Source: Squalus acanthias
Taxonomy: Eukaryota
Assembly: GCA_030390025.1 (NCBI GenBank)
Contig: CM059438.1
Span: 55,368,001-55,432,000, forward strand
Reading direction: 5' to 3'
DNA: 64,000 nt
The translations under genes and the position numbers were made by a program. The notes below the pieces were generated by a model. It was not told where the DNA came from. It ran no database searches and was given only the letters and a program-made list of their open reading frames with translations. Shown here piece by piece: positions 48,018 through 62,000 of the stretch (its first letter is position 1; every line of letters starts with the position of its first letter).

Positions 48018-50900
48018 CTAGAAGCGGCTTGCTATTAGCCGTTGACGGACGGCCCTTGCAGTTTGACCATTGTGGGCCGCCCTCCCGCCTTGGTGCTGCT
48101 GCTGATCATCGTCCTCGTCCTCTTCCTCCTCTTCCTCCTCCTCCTCTGGTGGTGCTACAAGGCCTGGTGGCATTGGCTGGGTCCTGAGGATTGCCATGTT
48201 GTGCAACATGCAGCACACGACTACGAAGTTCGATACTTGCTCAGGCGAGTACTGCAGGGCTCCTCCGGAATGGTCCAGACTGTAGAATTCGCAATATATC
48301 GCGATTTTATAAATAAGGAGAAAACACCTAGTTTCGTTCAAACAGCTTTATTTCAGCAGAATGCTGTCAGGTTTTCAAAGTGGACACAAGCAGCCTGTAA
48401 AATGGCCGCCACGCCTCGTGGCAGAACATTCTAGACTTTTCGACAAGCAGACAAGATGGCGTTCCAATAAACATTTGTGCAAGATCGATCAAGACTAAGC
48501 ACATTTAAGATAATACACGAGACATCATGGGTTTGCAGTATACACATAAATACTGAAATCGGTTTCCCAGGTGCAAATAAGGGCTATTGTACCAAGTAAT
48601 CAAGAACCCATCCAAAGACATTAATATGCAAAATCCCAACGACTCTACGATGAGAGAGCCGTTAGCGGGTAGTTACAGAAACATTTGGGAGCCCCAAAAC
48701 CCCTCCAGGAAGAATACCGACCGATTACACAATGGGAGAAATATTAACAGGTACTCAGACAGTTACGAGTATCCCCGAAACCCATTAAAACGGAGATCAC
48801 CCTATACAAGAAATTTGAGCGCCAAACCCTAACAAAAGAAAAGACATTAAGGTTGGGCGGGAAAAGGAAGAGTTTTGCACTATAACTGCAAGCTCCAACC
48901 GTCCATCTTTCTCTTATCCTGCTGGCTCTTATCCTCGTGGCTGCTCTTGTGCTCTTATTCTCCTGCCTCTTGCCGCTTGCCTCGTGTCTTTGCCTCTTGC
49001 AGCTTGAAAGACTGTTGAACTTTACGATCCGCCAGGATCTGCCTCGTGGCTTGCCGCGAAGATCTGTGTGGAACTGGGCTGTGAAGCCTTGAAACGGGCG
49101 CACCATCCCGAGAAGTCGGTAAACGGTGTTGGAACCGAAGGCCCAAGATGAGATGAGATGAGATGAGATGAGATGAGATGAGACGAGAAGAGAAGAAGAC
49201 CATACGTATCGCCACGGTCAGTAAGCTCCGACCGCGCCTGTAGGTCGAATAGACACTTTCCTTGCTCAGGAAGACCATCTTTGAATTTTACAGAACTGCC
49301 AGGAAGACTATTCTTCGAATTTTATCGCATCAGTGCGAGGGCACAGGAAGACTCTTTTTTTGAGTAGAGTCGGAACTCCGAGGACAACACAGATCTTCAT
49401 GACAGCAGACGGTCCAGCCTGCTAGCCGGAGTAGAAACGAGTAAACAAGTGGGGTACAGAGACCCCTGATCAACACGTGGGTGATCAGGTGCTGCGGTGA
49501 AAAACATCCGATCAGAGTTTTCGGAATTCTCCGAGTTATCACGAGTGGTGAGCATGAGTCTCGATCCTACAAGTCTAGTTTAGAGCAGGTATTGATAGGG
49601 GAGGGCTTAGGTTTTTTAAGGATAATTATAATGTGTGCCCCCATTTACGATGCGTCGTTCGTTCCTCGTTTCCCTGAAATTAGTTACATAACTGCGTGTA
49701 AGATTGTACTGTCATTAATCTGTGCTTATGACATGTATTTCGTAATCTTGAATAATATGCAATAAAGATTTTCCATTTCGTACCATTCAACCGGGTCTAC
49801 TTGAGTTTTCTCTCCATTACTGCTCTCGCATCTAAGTCCAGTGTCAGAACCGTAAGGGCGAGTGGGTCGAACCACTCACAGGTGTCTAGTGCTCCCAGAC
49901 TGGCTGGAGACCAGAACAGGCAACAAGGCCTAAACCCGCACTAGCATCCAGGCTGCACAGAGCCACACGAATCTCACAGGTTCAGAGAAACCCTTACAAG
50001 ACAGCGGAACCGTTGTTTCAGCACGCCGATTGTGCGCTGAATAATGTTCCTGGTTGCTTGATGGCTTTCATTGTACCGCAGCTCAGCAGGGGTGTTTGGC
50101 GTACGGAGCGGTGTCATCAGCCAGGTGCTCAATGCGTACCCCTTGTCCCCGAGAAGCCAACCAACTGGCTGATGCGGTGCCTCGAAAACTTCTGCCACAG
50201 TAGTCTGGCGCAGGATAAAAGCATCGTGGCAGCTGCCAGGATAGTGGGCATTGACAGCGAGTATCACCTGTCTGTGGTCACAGACCAACTGGACATTCAA
50301 GGAATGGAACCCCTTTCTGTTCCTGAATTCCTCTGCATTCTCACGCGGAGCACGCAAAGCCACATGCGTGCAGTCAATGGCGCCCTGCACCATGGGGAAG
50401 CCCGCTACCCTCACAAAGCCCAGAGCGCGGTCACGCTGCTTGTCTGGGGTCATAGGGAAAGAGATGAACTCTCGTCTCCTTCTGAAGAGGGCATTGGTGA
50501 CCTGCCGGATGCAGTGATGCACCGCGAACTGGGAGATATTGGCGAGGTCCCCAACAGCAGCTTGGAATGAGCCAGTGGCGTAGAAGTTCAAAGCCACTGT
50601 GACCTTCACTGCCACCGACAGAGACGTCCTGGACCTCAGCTGAGGCTGCAGATCTGGCTGCAGCAGGTGGCAGAGCTCAGTGACCACCTCCTTGCTGAAT
50701 CGCAGCCTTCGCAAACACAGCTCCTCGGACATATGGATGCAGGAGAGCTGTTCACGATATACCCTGGGAGGGTAAGCTCTCCTGTACATGCGCCTGATGG
50801 CCCTCCTCCGTCTGGCCATCATTGCCACTCTCTGTCTGCGTCTCCGTATCCTCCGATTCAGCTGGAGCAGGACGACGCCCCCAATCAGTGCAGCCCCCAT
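48018..50900 (-). pseudogene. Harbinger transposase disrupted by a solo LTR; third DDE residue reads Q
   Basis: ..KQRFRCL|insert|DHSGGALQY..; NIIQRTIG versus NIIERTIG in copy 3. Confidence 0.93.
48281..49998 (+). mobile_element. 1718-bp solo LTR (Gypsy-like or endogenous retrovirus)
   Basis: TGTA...TACA termini; 4-bp TSD AGAC (48277-48280, 49999-50002); TATAA at 48881 and AATAAA at 49761 suggest plus orientation; internal (GATGA)n near 49147-49181. Confidence 0.88.
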
Positions 50901-52343
50901 ATTCTCTTTGCCAGAAAAGTAATGAGGGACAGCAACTAAAGTAGCAACAAAGTTAGGATGAATAGGCAAAACTACCTCACAAAGTGTTGAGTCAATGTAG
51001 AAGTCTCTCTCTCTCTCTCTCCGAATCTCTCTCTCTCTCTCAGAACGAGTGGTGCATAAATGTCGACCACAGAAAAAGACAGGAAGAGGCCCCCTTTAAA
51101 TAGCGCCCCCCCCAGCCCCACAGTGATTGATAGCGTTCCAGTCTTCCGGTCGTTGGAAGCGCCAGGCGGTAAGGCAGGGGGCGCCACTCAATTTCCGCTC
51201 CGGGGCGCCCCAAGGGCGTTGCACCATGGAATGACGTCATAATCTGCGCGCGCAGGTGGTCGCAGCGGTAAGTTTTAGCGCCGCCGCACAATCTCAAGTT
51301 AAGTTCTCGAGCGGCGCAAACATCGCTGCGCCCGGGCGTTAGCGGCTTTGCGCCCCATTAGCGCCCTCTTAAGGCGCTAACGGGAGGCGCAACCAACTGA
51401 ATTTTTACCCCTGAGTCTTCACGCGGGGGTAAGGCTTCCCCGCGATATCTCACTCCGCGCCTACCTTTTTCCTCCGGGCCCACACGAACTTTAGTTTCAA
51501 GGCTGCAGCTGTGCAGTGCTTGCGTGACCCAGAGACGCAATTAGTTCGTGCGAGCTCTGGGATCACGTGATTCAGTTAGAGCCAATGGCAGCACACCATC
51601 TTTCATTCATAGTTTTCACAGCAAGAGCTGTCAAAGCTATGAATACTATACCCCCCCAAAAGAACAGCTAAACCTCAATTAAATTTTTTTAAAAAGCCAT
51701 CACATTAATAAAATAAGTATAGTTAAATAAATTAACCACTTTAAACAAAAAATTATATTTTAAAATTTTTTTTAAATCTTTTTAAAAGTTATAAAAATAA
51801 ACTTACCTTTCTTTAAAGTCTCTAAAAAAGATAAACCTGTTGAAAAAAATTTAAAATAATACTTAATTAACTACTTACCTTGTTAAAAGAGGGTCTTACG
51901 CCTCCTTTCTTTATGTGTAAAATCTTCCATGCTTACCTGCGCGTTCAAAGCACTAAGTGCACTTCGTGCGCACAGCCTGTAGCGCGCACGCGGTTCACTT
52001 AGGAACCGCCCCTTTTGAATTCACGAAGTGCCGGTTTCCCGCGCATGCGCAGTGCATGCTGAAAACCGGCAATTGGAGACCTAAAACGTGAGAGTACACA
52101 GTGCTTACTCTCGCGTATTAAGTCTAATTTTCGGGCCAATGTATTTGGAGTGAGGCGTTTTCAAACCCGCCTAAACTCACATTCTAACTTCCCACACACG
52201 AGTTACTGGACACGGGAATTTTATCACTGTCCCAACACTTTCAGGAAGGTTTCCATCTCCACTGCGTGGGAAGTAATCCTACGGAGCAGATCATCCACAC
52301 TTTAAAGAACCCGCTCATTAGTCAATGTACTGCACTGTACCCG

Positions 52344-53485
52344 ACAGTACACAGACCCTATAACTGTAGGGCATGGTGTAATACAGTACACAGAACCTAT
52401 AACTGTAGGGTATGGTGTAATACAGTATACAGACCCTATAACTGTAGGGTATGGTGTAATACAGTACACAGACCCTATAACTGTAGGGTATGGTGTAATA
52501 CAGTACACAGACCCTATAACTGTAGGGTATGGTGTAATACAGTACACAGACCCTATAACTGTAGGGTATGGTGTAATACAGTACACAGACCCTATAACTG
52601 TAGGGTACGGTGTAATACAGTACACAGACCCTATAACTGTAGGGTACGGTGTAATACAGTACACAGACCCTATAACTGTAGGGCACGGTGTAATACAGTA
52701 CACAGACCCTATAACTGTAGGGCACGGTGTAATACAGTACACAGACCCTATAACTGTAGGGCACGGTGTAATACAGTACACAGACCCTATAACTGTAGGG
52801 CACGGTGTAATACAGTACACAGACCCTATAACTGTAGGGCACGGTGTAATACAGTACACAGACCCTATAACTGTCGGGTACGGTGTAATACAGTACACAG
52901 ACCCTATAACTGTAGGGTACGGTGTAATACAGTACACAGACCCTATAACTGTAGGGTACGGTGTAATACAGTACACAGACCCAAAAACTGTAGGGTACGG
53001 TGTAATACAGTACACAGACCCTATAACTGTAGGGTACGGTGTAATACAGTACACAGACCCTATAACTGTAGGGCACGGTGTAATACAGTACACAGACCCT
53101 ATAACTGTAGGGCACGGTGTAATACAGTACACAGACCCTATAACTGTAGGGCACGGTGTAATACAGTACACAGACCCTATAACTGTAGGGCACGGTGTAA
53201 TACAGTACACAGACCCTATATCTGTAGGGCACGGTGTAATACAGTACACAGACCCTATAACTGTAGGGTACGGTGTAATACAGTACACAGACCCTATAAC
53301 TGTAGGGTACGGTGTAATACAGTACACAGACCCTATAACTGTAGGGTACGGTGTAGGACAGTACACAGACCCTATAACTGTAGGGTACGGTGTAGGACAG
53401 TACACAGACCCCATAACTGTAGGGTACGGTGTAGGACAGTACACAGACCCTATAACTGTAGGGTTCGGTGTAGGACAGTACACAG
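52344..53485. repeat. 39-bp minisatellite ACAGTACACAGACCCTATAACTGTAGGGTACGGTGTAAT, about 29 units
   Basis: Exact-length tandem units with few substitutions. Confidence 0.98.
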
Positions 53486-54435
53486 TCAGTGCAAGCATTT
53501 AACATGACTGCAGTAAATACATTTCCTTCTGCTGTTACCCACATGAACACTGTGAGCGATTTCTATCGCTTGAACCGTTTCCTGACTCTGATTATAATGG
53601 AAACAAGATTGAGCCACATCCTGGTGTAGCTCACCAATCCTCCAGCCTTTAAATTGTGTTATTTTATTTGTCTATTTTGTTTCCATTTTTCTCCTCTCTC
53701 CCTTGCCCTTAAGGCATTGGTCTATTCAGGGACCCAGTTCCACAAGTAGCAACAGCCCCAACTACCTGCTCACACTTTATCCAGGCATTCTTCATATGGA
53801 TATTTGGCCATGGGGAGCATCAGACAAGCACATGTCTGTGTTCATGCAGTGCACATGCATGTACATTATTGAGCACAGCGCACACCTCTGGCTGGCTGGC
53901 GATGGGGAGCAGTTAACATTGGCCTATTTTACCCCTCGATAGCCCAAGTGTGCCCAGGATAATTGCATAGCCCTAGCCCTAGCCCGCTGGTCTGTAATCA
54001 GTCAACTCAGAGCAGAGCCAGGAATCCAACCTCAGCCTTCTGGTCTACCCACTGATTACATCGCCCGCCATTGCAGTCCTGACAATCTCATGCTCCTTGG
54101 CTGTAAATGGAATCAATATATGTCCCGGTTATTACCTGTGCTTCAAAAAGAACATTTGTTTCACACTTGGACACATTTTGTTCCAATGAGTGTTCAAGTG
54201 CTCGCTTCTTAAGTAGCTAATCTGGAGTGACTTGGTAAATGACCCACCTGAACAGAGAATAATCCCTACAGGTCAGAACGGTGCCGAGCAACCAGGGCAG
54301 CATTTATTGTGCTACGGTTTGCCTCATTGCCTCTGGGTTAAGGAGGGAAAGATACAACCACGATTCCAGCTCCCAATGGCTCAATGTCACCGTGTTCCTG
54401 TCTCTAAGGTGGAGCTTTTTAGCACAGGAAGCAAT

Positions 54436-54724
54436 CCCACAGCCCGTGGACACTCTCCCCTATCACAGACTCTACCCACCCATTTAATCTCCTCCCACAG
54501 CCCATGGACACTCTCCCCTATCATGGACTCTACCCACCCATTTAATCTCCTCCCACAGCCCGTGGACACTCTCCCCCATCATGGACTCTACCCACCCATT
54601 TAATCTCCTCCCACAGCCCATGTACACTCTCCCCTATCATGGACTCTACCCACCCATTTAATCTCCTCCCACAGCCCATGTACACTCTCCCCTATCATGG
54701 ACTCTACCCACCCATTTAATCTCC
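54436..54724. repeat. 58-bp tandem repeat, 5 copies
   Basis: CCCACAGCCCATGGACACTCTCCCCTATCATGGACTCTACCCACCCATTTAATCTCCT. Confidence 0.95.
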
Positions 54725-54789
54725 AGAGGGAAAGGTCTTTATAAACGTCCTATTATTCAATTCTGGCCAGCTGATCTACCCAGATAATG

Positions 54790-55000
54790 CTACAGGCCAG
54801 TTCAGAGGCACTAATCGTCCAGTGGGCCCAGAGTGGGTAGGGGTGGCAGGATTCCTTCCCTGAAGAACGTTAGTGAACCTGTTGGGTTTTTACAGCAATC
54901 ATTGATACAAGTGACCAGATTGATGGAATTCCATTTCACAGCTTGCTGTGTTAGGATTTGAACTCAAGACCCCGGTTTGCTGATCCAGGACCAGAACCGC
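54790..55000 (-). mobile_element. Degenerate tRNA-derived SINE
   Basis: Pol III B-box-like GAGTTCAAATCC (54954-54965, minus) followed by a SINE-like body; family not assigned. Confidence 0.5.
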
Positions 55001-56059
55001 TGGGATCTGCCCCCTGTTCTTGGGTTTGAATTGGATTCGGGGCTCCCTCTTACTAGATTTGATAGAAGACACCTAGGAGATCACAACTGCACCAAAGGCC
55101 CCCATTACCCAAGTCCCTGTCTCTACCGGCCCTTGCCCCTGGCAGTCTCCGAGATCTGTCTCTGAGCTGGGCCTCCATTAATACCCTAGCTACTCCACCA
55201 TCTGAGTATTTTGGTGCCCATCCCTTTTGTCTCCCACTCCCCTTGTTGTTTTGATCGGTTCTATAAGGTTCTTCCCCCTTTCTGGTTGTGGCGAGGACCC
55301 TGGTGACATTTCCACTGTGCTTCTCGCCACCTCCTGCTGGAACTGTACTGGCAGATCGGTGGAAACCCAGGAGAAAGAGTGGAAGCTGGCGTTTACCCAT
55401 TCCACTGGGGCTCCAGCCTAAGGTAAGGCAAGAGATGGGGAGACGGCTGGTGGAAGTTTCACTCACCCCGCTGTTCAAATCCCAGAAGCTGACAGACTTG
55501 CTGTGTGTTGCTAACATTTCCAGATTTAATTTCAGATTTCCAGCCCCTGCAGTTCCTTTCCTTCCTGATTCCGATAAGAAATTCCTGGTCGAGATGTTCA
55601 GCAAACATTTTGTTATCAGCAGAATGTTTTCCAAAAAGCCTGTCCCTGTGATGAGATTCACTGTGTCACACCACAACGAAAGACCCATGGCACGGAGGCA
55701 GTCCCTTGGGGACAAGACATCAGCACCAACACCGGCAGCTAGTAACCAGCTTGTGCCTGCTGTGACATGGGGTCAGCTGCATGCGGTGACTGTAGGCCAC
55801 GGTGATGTGTGCAGATTTTCTGGTGCTGATCTCACTCATGACTGAGATGCACAAAGCCACAATCTGCACCAGAAGCTGTCGGCCCTTTGCTTATATTCTG
55901 TTCGAGGAAATGAACAATACCACACATCCTCAGCAGCATGACTCAGTGAGCCACAGTCTGACCCTCCTGCTGCTGCTCGGGTTATGAGAGAGCTAGGCCT
56001 TCGCAGTATCAAAAAATGTCTTCACAGCAGTAAAATGCCCGATTCTTCCTCTCCTAGAG

Positions 56060-59000
56060 CCACTAACTCCCACTGGGGTACGGGTTCCATGAGCACTGAC
56101 TCTCACTGGGCTACAGTTCCACAGACACTGACTCTCACTAGGGTACGAGTTCCATGGGCACTGACTCTCACTGGGGTACAGTTCCACAGACACTGACTCT
56201 CACTGGGGTACGGGTTCCACAGACACTGACTCTCACTGGGGTAAGGGTTCCACAGACACTGACTCTCACTGGGGTACGGGTTCCACAGACACTGACTCTC
56301 ACTGGGGTAAGGGTTTCACAGGCACTGACTCTCACTGGGGTACGGTTTCCACAGACACTGACTGTCACTAGGGTACGGGTTCCACAGGCACTGCCTCTCA
56401 CTGGGGTACGGGCTCCACAGACACTGACTCTCACTGGGGTACAGGTTCCACAGGCACTCACTCTCACTGGGGTATGTGTTCCACAGGCACTGACTCTCAC
56501 TGATGTATGGGTTCAACAGGCACTGACTCTCACTGATGTTTGGGTTCCACAGGCACTGACTCTCACTGGGTACAGGTTCCGCAGACACTGACTGTAACTG
56601 GGGTATGGGTTCCATGGGCACTGACTCTCACTGGGGTACGGGTTCCACAGACACTGATTCTCACTGGGGTACGGCTTCCACAAACACTGACTCTCACTAG
56701 GGTACGAGTTCCAGGGGCACTGACTCTCACTGGGGAACGGGTTTCACAGGCACTGACTGTCACTGGGGTATGGGTTTCACAGGCACTGACTGTCACTGGG
56801 GTACGGGTTCCACAGACACTGACTCTCACTAGGGTACGAGTTCCATGGGCACTGACTCTCACTGGGGTATGGGTTCCACAGACACTGACTCTCACTGGGG
56901 TATGGGTTCCACAGACACTGACTCTCACTTGGGTATGGGTTCCACAGACACTGACTCTCACTGGGGTACGGGTTCCACGGACACTGACTTTCACTGGGGA
57001 ACGGGTTCCTCGGGCTTTGACTCTCACTGGGGTACAGGTTCCACAGGCGCTGACTCTCACTGTGGAATGAGTTCCATGGGCTCTGACTCTCACTGGGGTA
57101 TGGGTTCCACAGACACTGACGCTCACTGGGGTATGGGTTCCACAGACACTGACTCTCCCTGGGGTACGAGTTCCATGGGCACTGACTCTCACTGGGGTAC
57201 AGGCTCCAAAGGCACCTACCCTCCCTGGGTATAGGTTCCATGGACAGTGACTCTCACTAGGATATAGGTACAGGGGTACTGACTCTCACTGGCCTAATGG
57301 TTCTACAGGCACTGACACTCACTGGGGTACGGGTCCAGGAGTACTGAAACCCACTGGGGTACGGGTTCCTCGGGCACTGACTCTCACTGGGGTATGGGTT
57401 CCACAGACACTGACTGTCACTGGGGTACGGGTTTCTCAGACACTGACTGTCACTAGGATACGGGTTCCTCGGGCACTGACTCTCACTGGGGTACAGGTTC
57501 CACAGGCGCTGACTCTCACTGATGTATGGGTTCCACAGGCACTGACTCTCACTGGGGTACGAGTTAAATGGGCCCTGACTCTCACTGGGGTACAGGTTCC
57601 ATAGACACTGACTTTCATTGGGTATGTGTTCCACAGACACTGACTCTCCCAGCGGTACGAGTTCCATGGGCACTGACTCTCACTGGCGTACAGGCTCCAA
57701 AGGCACCTACCCTCCCTGTGTATAGGTTCCATGTACAGTGACTCTCACTAGGGTACAGGTCCAGGAGTAATGACTCTCACTGGCCTAATGGTTCTACAGC
57801 AACTGACACTCACTGGGGTACGGGTCCAGGAGTACTGAAACCCATTGGGGTACGGGTTCCTCGGACACTGACTCTCACTGGGGTACAGGTTCCACAGACA
57901 CTGACTCTCACTGGGGTACATGTTCCACACACACTGACTCTCACTGGGGTACGGGTCCCACAGACACTGCCTCTCACTGTGGTACGGTTTCGACAGACAC
58001 TGACTCTCACTGGGGTACGGCTTCCACAGACACTGACTTTCACTGAGGTACAGGTTCCATGGGCACTGACTCTCACTGGGGTAAGGGTTTCACAGGCACT
58101 GACTCTCACTGGGGCACTGGTTCCACAGACACTGACTCTCACTGGGGCACTCGTTCCACAGACACTGACTGTCACTGGGGTACGGGTTTCTCAGACACTG
58201 ACTGTCACTAGGATATGAGTTCAATGGGCACTGACTCTCACTGGGGTACTGGTTTCACAGACACTGACTCTCACTGGGGTACGAGTTCCATGGGCACTGA
58301 CTCACACTGGGGTACAGGCTCCAAAGGCACGTACCCTCCCTGGGTATCGGCTCCATGGACAGCGTCTCTCACTAGGGTACAGGTCAAGGGGTACTGACTC
58401 TCACTGGGCTAATGGTTCTCCGGGTACTGACCCTCACTGGGGTATGGGTTCCTCGGGCACTGACTCTCACTGGGGTACAGGTTCCACAGACACTGACTCT
58501 CACTGGGGTACAGGTTCCACAGACACTGACTCTCACTGGGGTACAGGTTCCACAAACACTGACTCTCGCTGGGGTACAGGTTCCACAGGCACTGACTCTC
58601 CCCGGGGTACAAGTTCCATGGGCACTGACTCTCACTGGGGTACGGGTTCCATGAGCACTGACTCTCACTGGGCTACAGTTCCACAGACACTGACTATCAC
58701 TTGGGTATGGGTCCCACACACATTGACTCTCACTGGGGTACGGGTTCCACAGACACTGACTCTCACTGGGGTACGGGTTCCACAGACACTGACTCTCACT
58801 GGGGTAAGGGTTTCACAGGCACTGACTCTCATTGGGGTACGGGTTTCGCAGGCACTGACTGTCACTAGGGTACGAGTTCCATGGGCACTGACTCTCACTG
58901 GGGTATGGGTTTCACAGGCACTGACTGTCACTGGGGTACGGTTTCCACAGACACTGACTGTCACTAGGGTACGGGTTCCACAGGCACTGCCTCTCACTGG

Positions 59001-62000
59001 GGTACGGACTCCACAGACACTGACTCTCACTGGGGTACAGGTTCCACAGGCACTCACTCTCACTGGGGTATGTGTTCCACAGGCACTGACTCTCACTGAT
59101 GTATGGGTTCAACAGGCACTGACTCTCACTGATGTTGGGGTTCCACAGGCACTGACTCTCACTGGGTACAGGTTCCGCAGACACTGACTGTAACTGGGGT
59201 ACGGGTTCCATGGGCACTGACTCTCACTGGGGTACGGGTTCCACAGACACTGATTCTCACTGGGGTACGGCTTCCACAAACACTGACTCTCACTAGGGTA
59301 CGAGTTCCAGGGGCACTGACTCTCACTGGGGAACGGGTTTCACAGGCACTGACTGTCACTGGGGTATGGGTTTCACAGGCACTGACTGTCACTGGGGTAC
59401 GGGTTCCACAGACACTGACTCTCACTAGGGTACGAGTTCCATGGGCACTGACTCTCACTGGGGTATGGGTTCCACAGACACTGACTCTCACTGGGGTATG
59501 GGTTCCACAGACACTGACTCTCACTTGGGTATGGGTTTCACAGACACTGACTCTCACTGGGGTACGGGTTCCACGGACACTGACTTTCACTGGGGAACGG
59601 GTTCCTCGGGCTTTGACTCTCACTGGGGTACAGGTTCCACAGGCGCTGACTCTCACTGTGGAATGAGTTCCATGGGCTCTGACTCTCATTGGGGTATGGG
59701 TTCCACAGACACTGACGCTCACTGGGGTATTGGTTCCACAGACACTGACTCTCCCTGGGGTACGATTTCCATGGGCACTGACTCTCACTGGGGTACAGGC
59801 TCCAAAGGCACCTACCCTCCCTGGGTATAGGTTCCATGGACAGTGACTCTCACTAGGATATAGGTACAGGGGTACTGACTCTCACTGGCCTAATGGTTCT
59901 ACAGGCACTGACACTCACTGGGGTACGGGTCCAGGAGTACTGAAACCCACTGGGGTACGGGTTCCTCGGGCACTGACTCTCACTGGGGTACAGGTTCCAC
60001 AGACACTGACTCTCACTGGGGTACAAGTTCCACACACACTGCCTCTCACTGGGGTACAGGTCCCACAGACACTGACTCTCACTGTGGTACAGTTTCCACA
60101 GACACTGACTGTCACTGGGGTATGGGTTCCACAGACACTGACTCTCACTGGGGAACCGGTTTCACAGGCACTGACTCTCACTGGGGAACGGGTTCCACAG
60201 ACACTGACTCTCACTGTGGTACGGGTTCCACAGACACTGACTTTCACTGAGGTACGACTTCCATGGGCACTGACTCTCACTGGGTAAGGGTTTCACAGGC
60301 ACTGACTCTCACTGGGGCACTGGTTCCACAGACACTGACTCTCACTGGGGCAGTGGTTCCACAGACACTGACTCTCCCTGGGGTACGAATTCCATGGGCA
60401 CTGACTCTCACTCGGGTACAGGCTCCAAATGCACTGACTCTCACTGGGACACGGGTTTCACAGACACTGATTCTCACTGTGGTACAGTTTCCACAGACAC
60501 TGACTCTCACTGTGGTACGGGTTCCACAGACACTGACTTTCACTGAGGTACGGGTTCCATGGGCACTGACTCTCACTGGGTAAGGGTTTCACAGGCACTG
60601 ACTTTCACTGAGGTACGGGTTCCACAGACACTGACTCTCACTGGGGAACCGGTTTCACAGGCACTGACTCTCACTGGGGAACGTGTTCCACAGACACTGA
60701 TTCTCACTGGGGTACGGGTTTCACAGACACTGACTCTCCATGGGGTACGAGTTCCATGGGCACTGACTGTCACTGGGGTACAGGTTTCTCAGACACTGAC
60801 TGTCACTAGGATACGGGTGGCTCGGGCACTGACTCTCACTGGGGTACAGGTTCAAAAGACACTGACTCTCACTGGGGTACAGGTTCCACAAACACTGACT
60901 CACACTGGGGTACAGGTTCCACAGGCACTGACCCTCCTCGGGGTACAAGTTCCATGGGCACTGACTCTCACTGGGGTACGGGTTCCATGGGCACTGACTC
61001 TCACTGGGCTACTGTTCCACAGACACTGACTCTCACTGGGGTAAGAGTTTCACAGGCACTGACTGTCACCTGGGGTACGGGTCACACAGACACTGACTCT
61101 CACTGGGGTATGGGTTCCACAGACACTGACTCTCACTGGGGTATGAGTCCCACACACCCTGACTCTCACTGGGGTACGAGTTTCACAGGCACTGACTGTC
61201 ACTAGGGTACGGGTTCCACAGGTACTGACTCACACTGGGGTACGGGTTCCATGGGCACTGACTCTCACTGGGGTACAGTTCCACAGACACTGACTATCAC
61301 TTGGGTATGGGTCCCATACACATTGACTCTCACTGGGGTACGGGTTCCACAGACACTGACTCTCACTGGGGTACGGGTTCCACAGACACTGACTCTCACT
61401 GGGGTAAGGGTTTCACAGGCACTGACTCTCACTGGGGTACGGGTTTCGCAGGCACTGACTGTCACTAGGGTACGAGTTCCATGGGCACTGACTCTCACTG
61501 GGGTATGGGTTTCACAGGCACTGATTGTCACTGGGGTACGGTTTCCACAGACACTGACTGTCACTAGGGTTCGGGTTCCACAGGCACTGCCTCTCACTGG
61601 CGTACGGGTTCCACAGACACTGACTCTCACTGGGGTACAGGTTCCACAGGCACTCACTCTGACTGGGGTATGGGTTCCACAGGCACTGACTCTCACTGAT
61701 GTATGGGTTCCACAGGCACTGACTCTCACTGATGTATGGGTTCCACAGGCACTGACTCTCACTGGGTACAGGTTCCGCAAACATAGACTGTCACTGGGGT
61801 ACGGGTTCCATGGGCACTGACTCTCACTGGGGTACGGGTTCCACAGACACTGATTCTCACTGGGGTACGGGTTCCACAAACACTGTCTCTCACTAGGGTA
61901 CGAGTTCCATGGGCACTGACTCTCACTGGGGTATGGGTTCCACAGACACTGATTCTCACTGGGGTATGGGTTTCTCAGACACTGACTCTCACTGGTGTAT

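Larger units (their letters stand above)
45544..51411. mobile_element. PIF/Harbinger DNA transposon copy 4 (LTR-interrupted)
   Basis: TIRs GGGGTAAAAATT / AATTTTTACCCC; TSD TGA (45541-45543, 51412-51414); very similar to copy 3. Confidence 0.96.
45523..52137. mobile_element. Probable non-autonomous Harbinger-like element (45523-45543 plus 51415-52137) hosting copy 4
   Basis: Ends GGCCCAGAAATTA...TAATTTTCGGGCC; GC-rich ends and AT-rich core; flanking trinucleotides (TTT/AAT) do not match. Confidence 0.5.

Noticed and set aside
52266..53507. Zinc-finger-like protein (HRPYNCRVRCNTV)n
   Set aside because: The 13-aa period does not fit C2H2 spacing, both strands are open, and it is explained by a 39-bp tandem repeat
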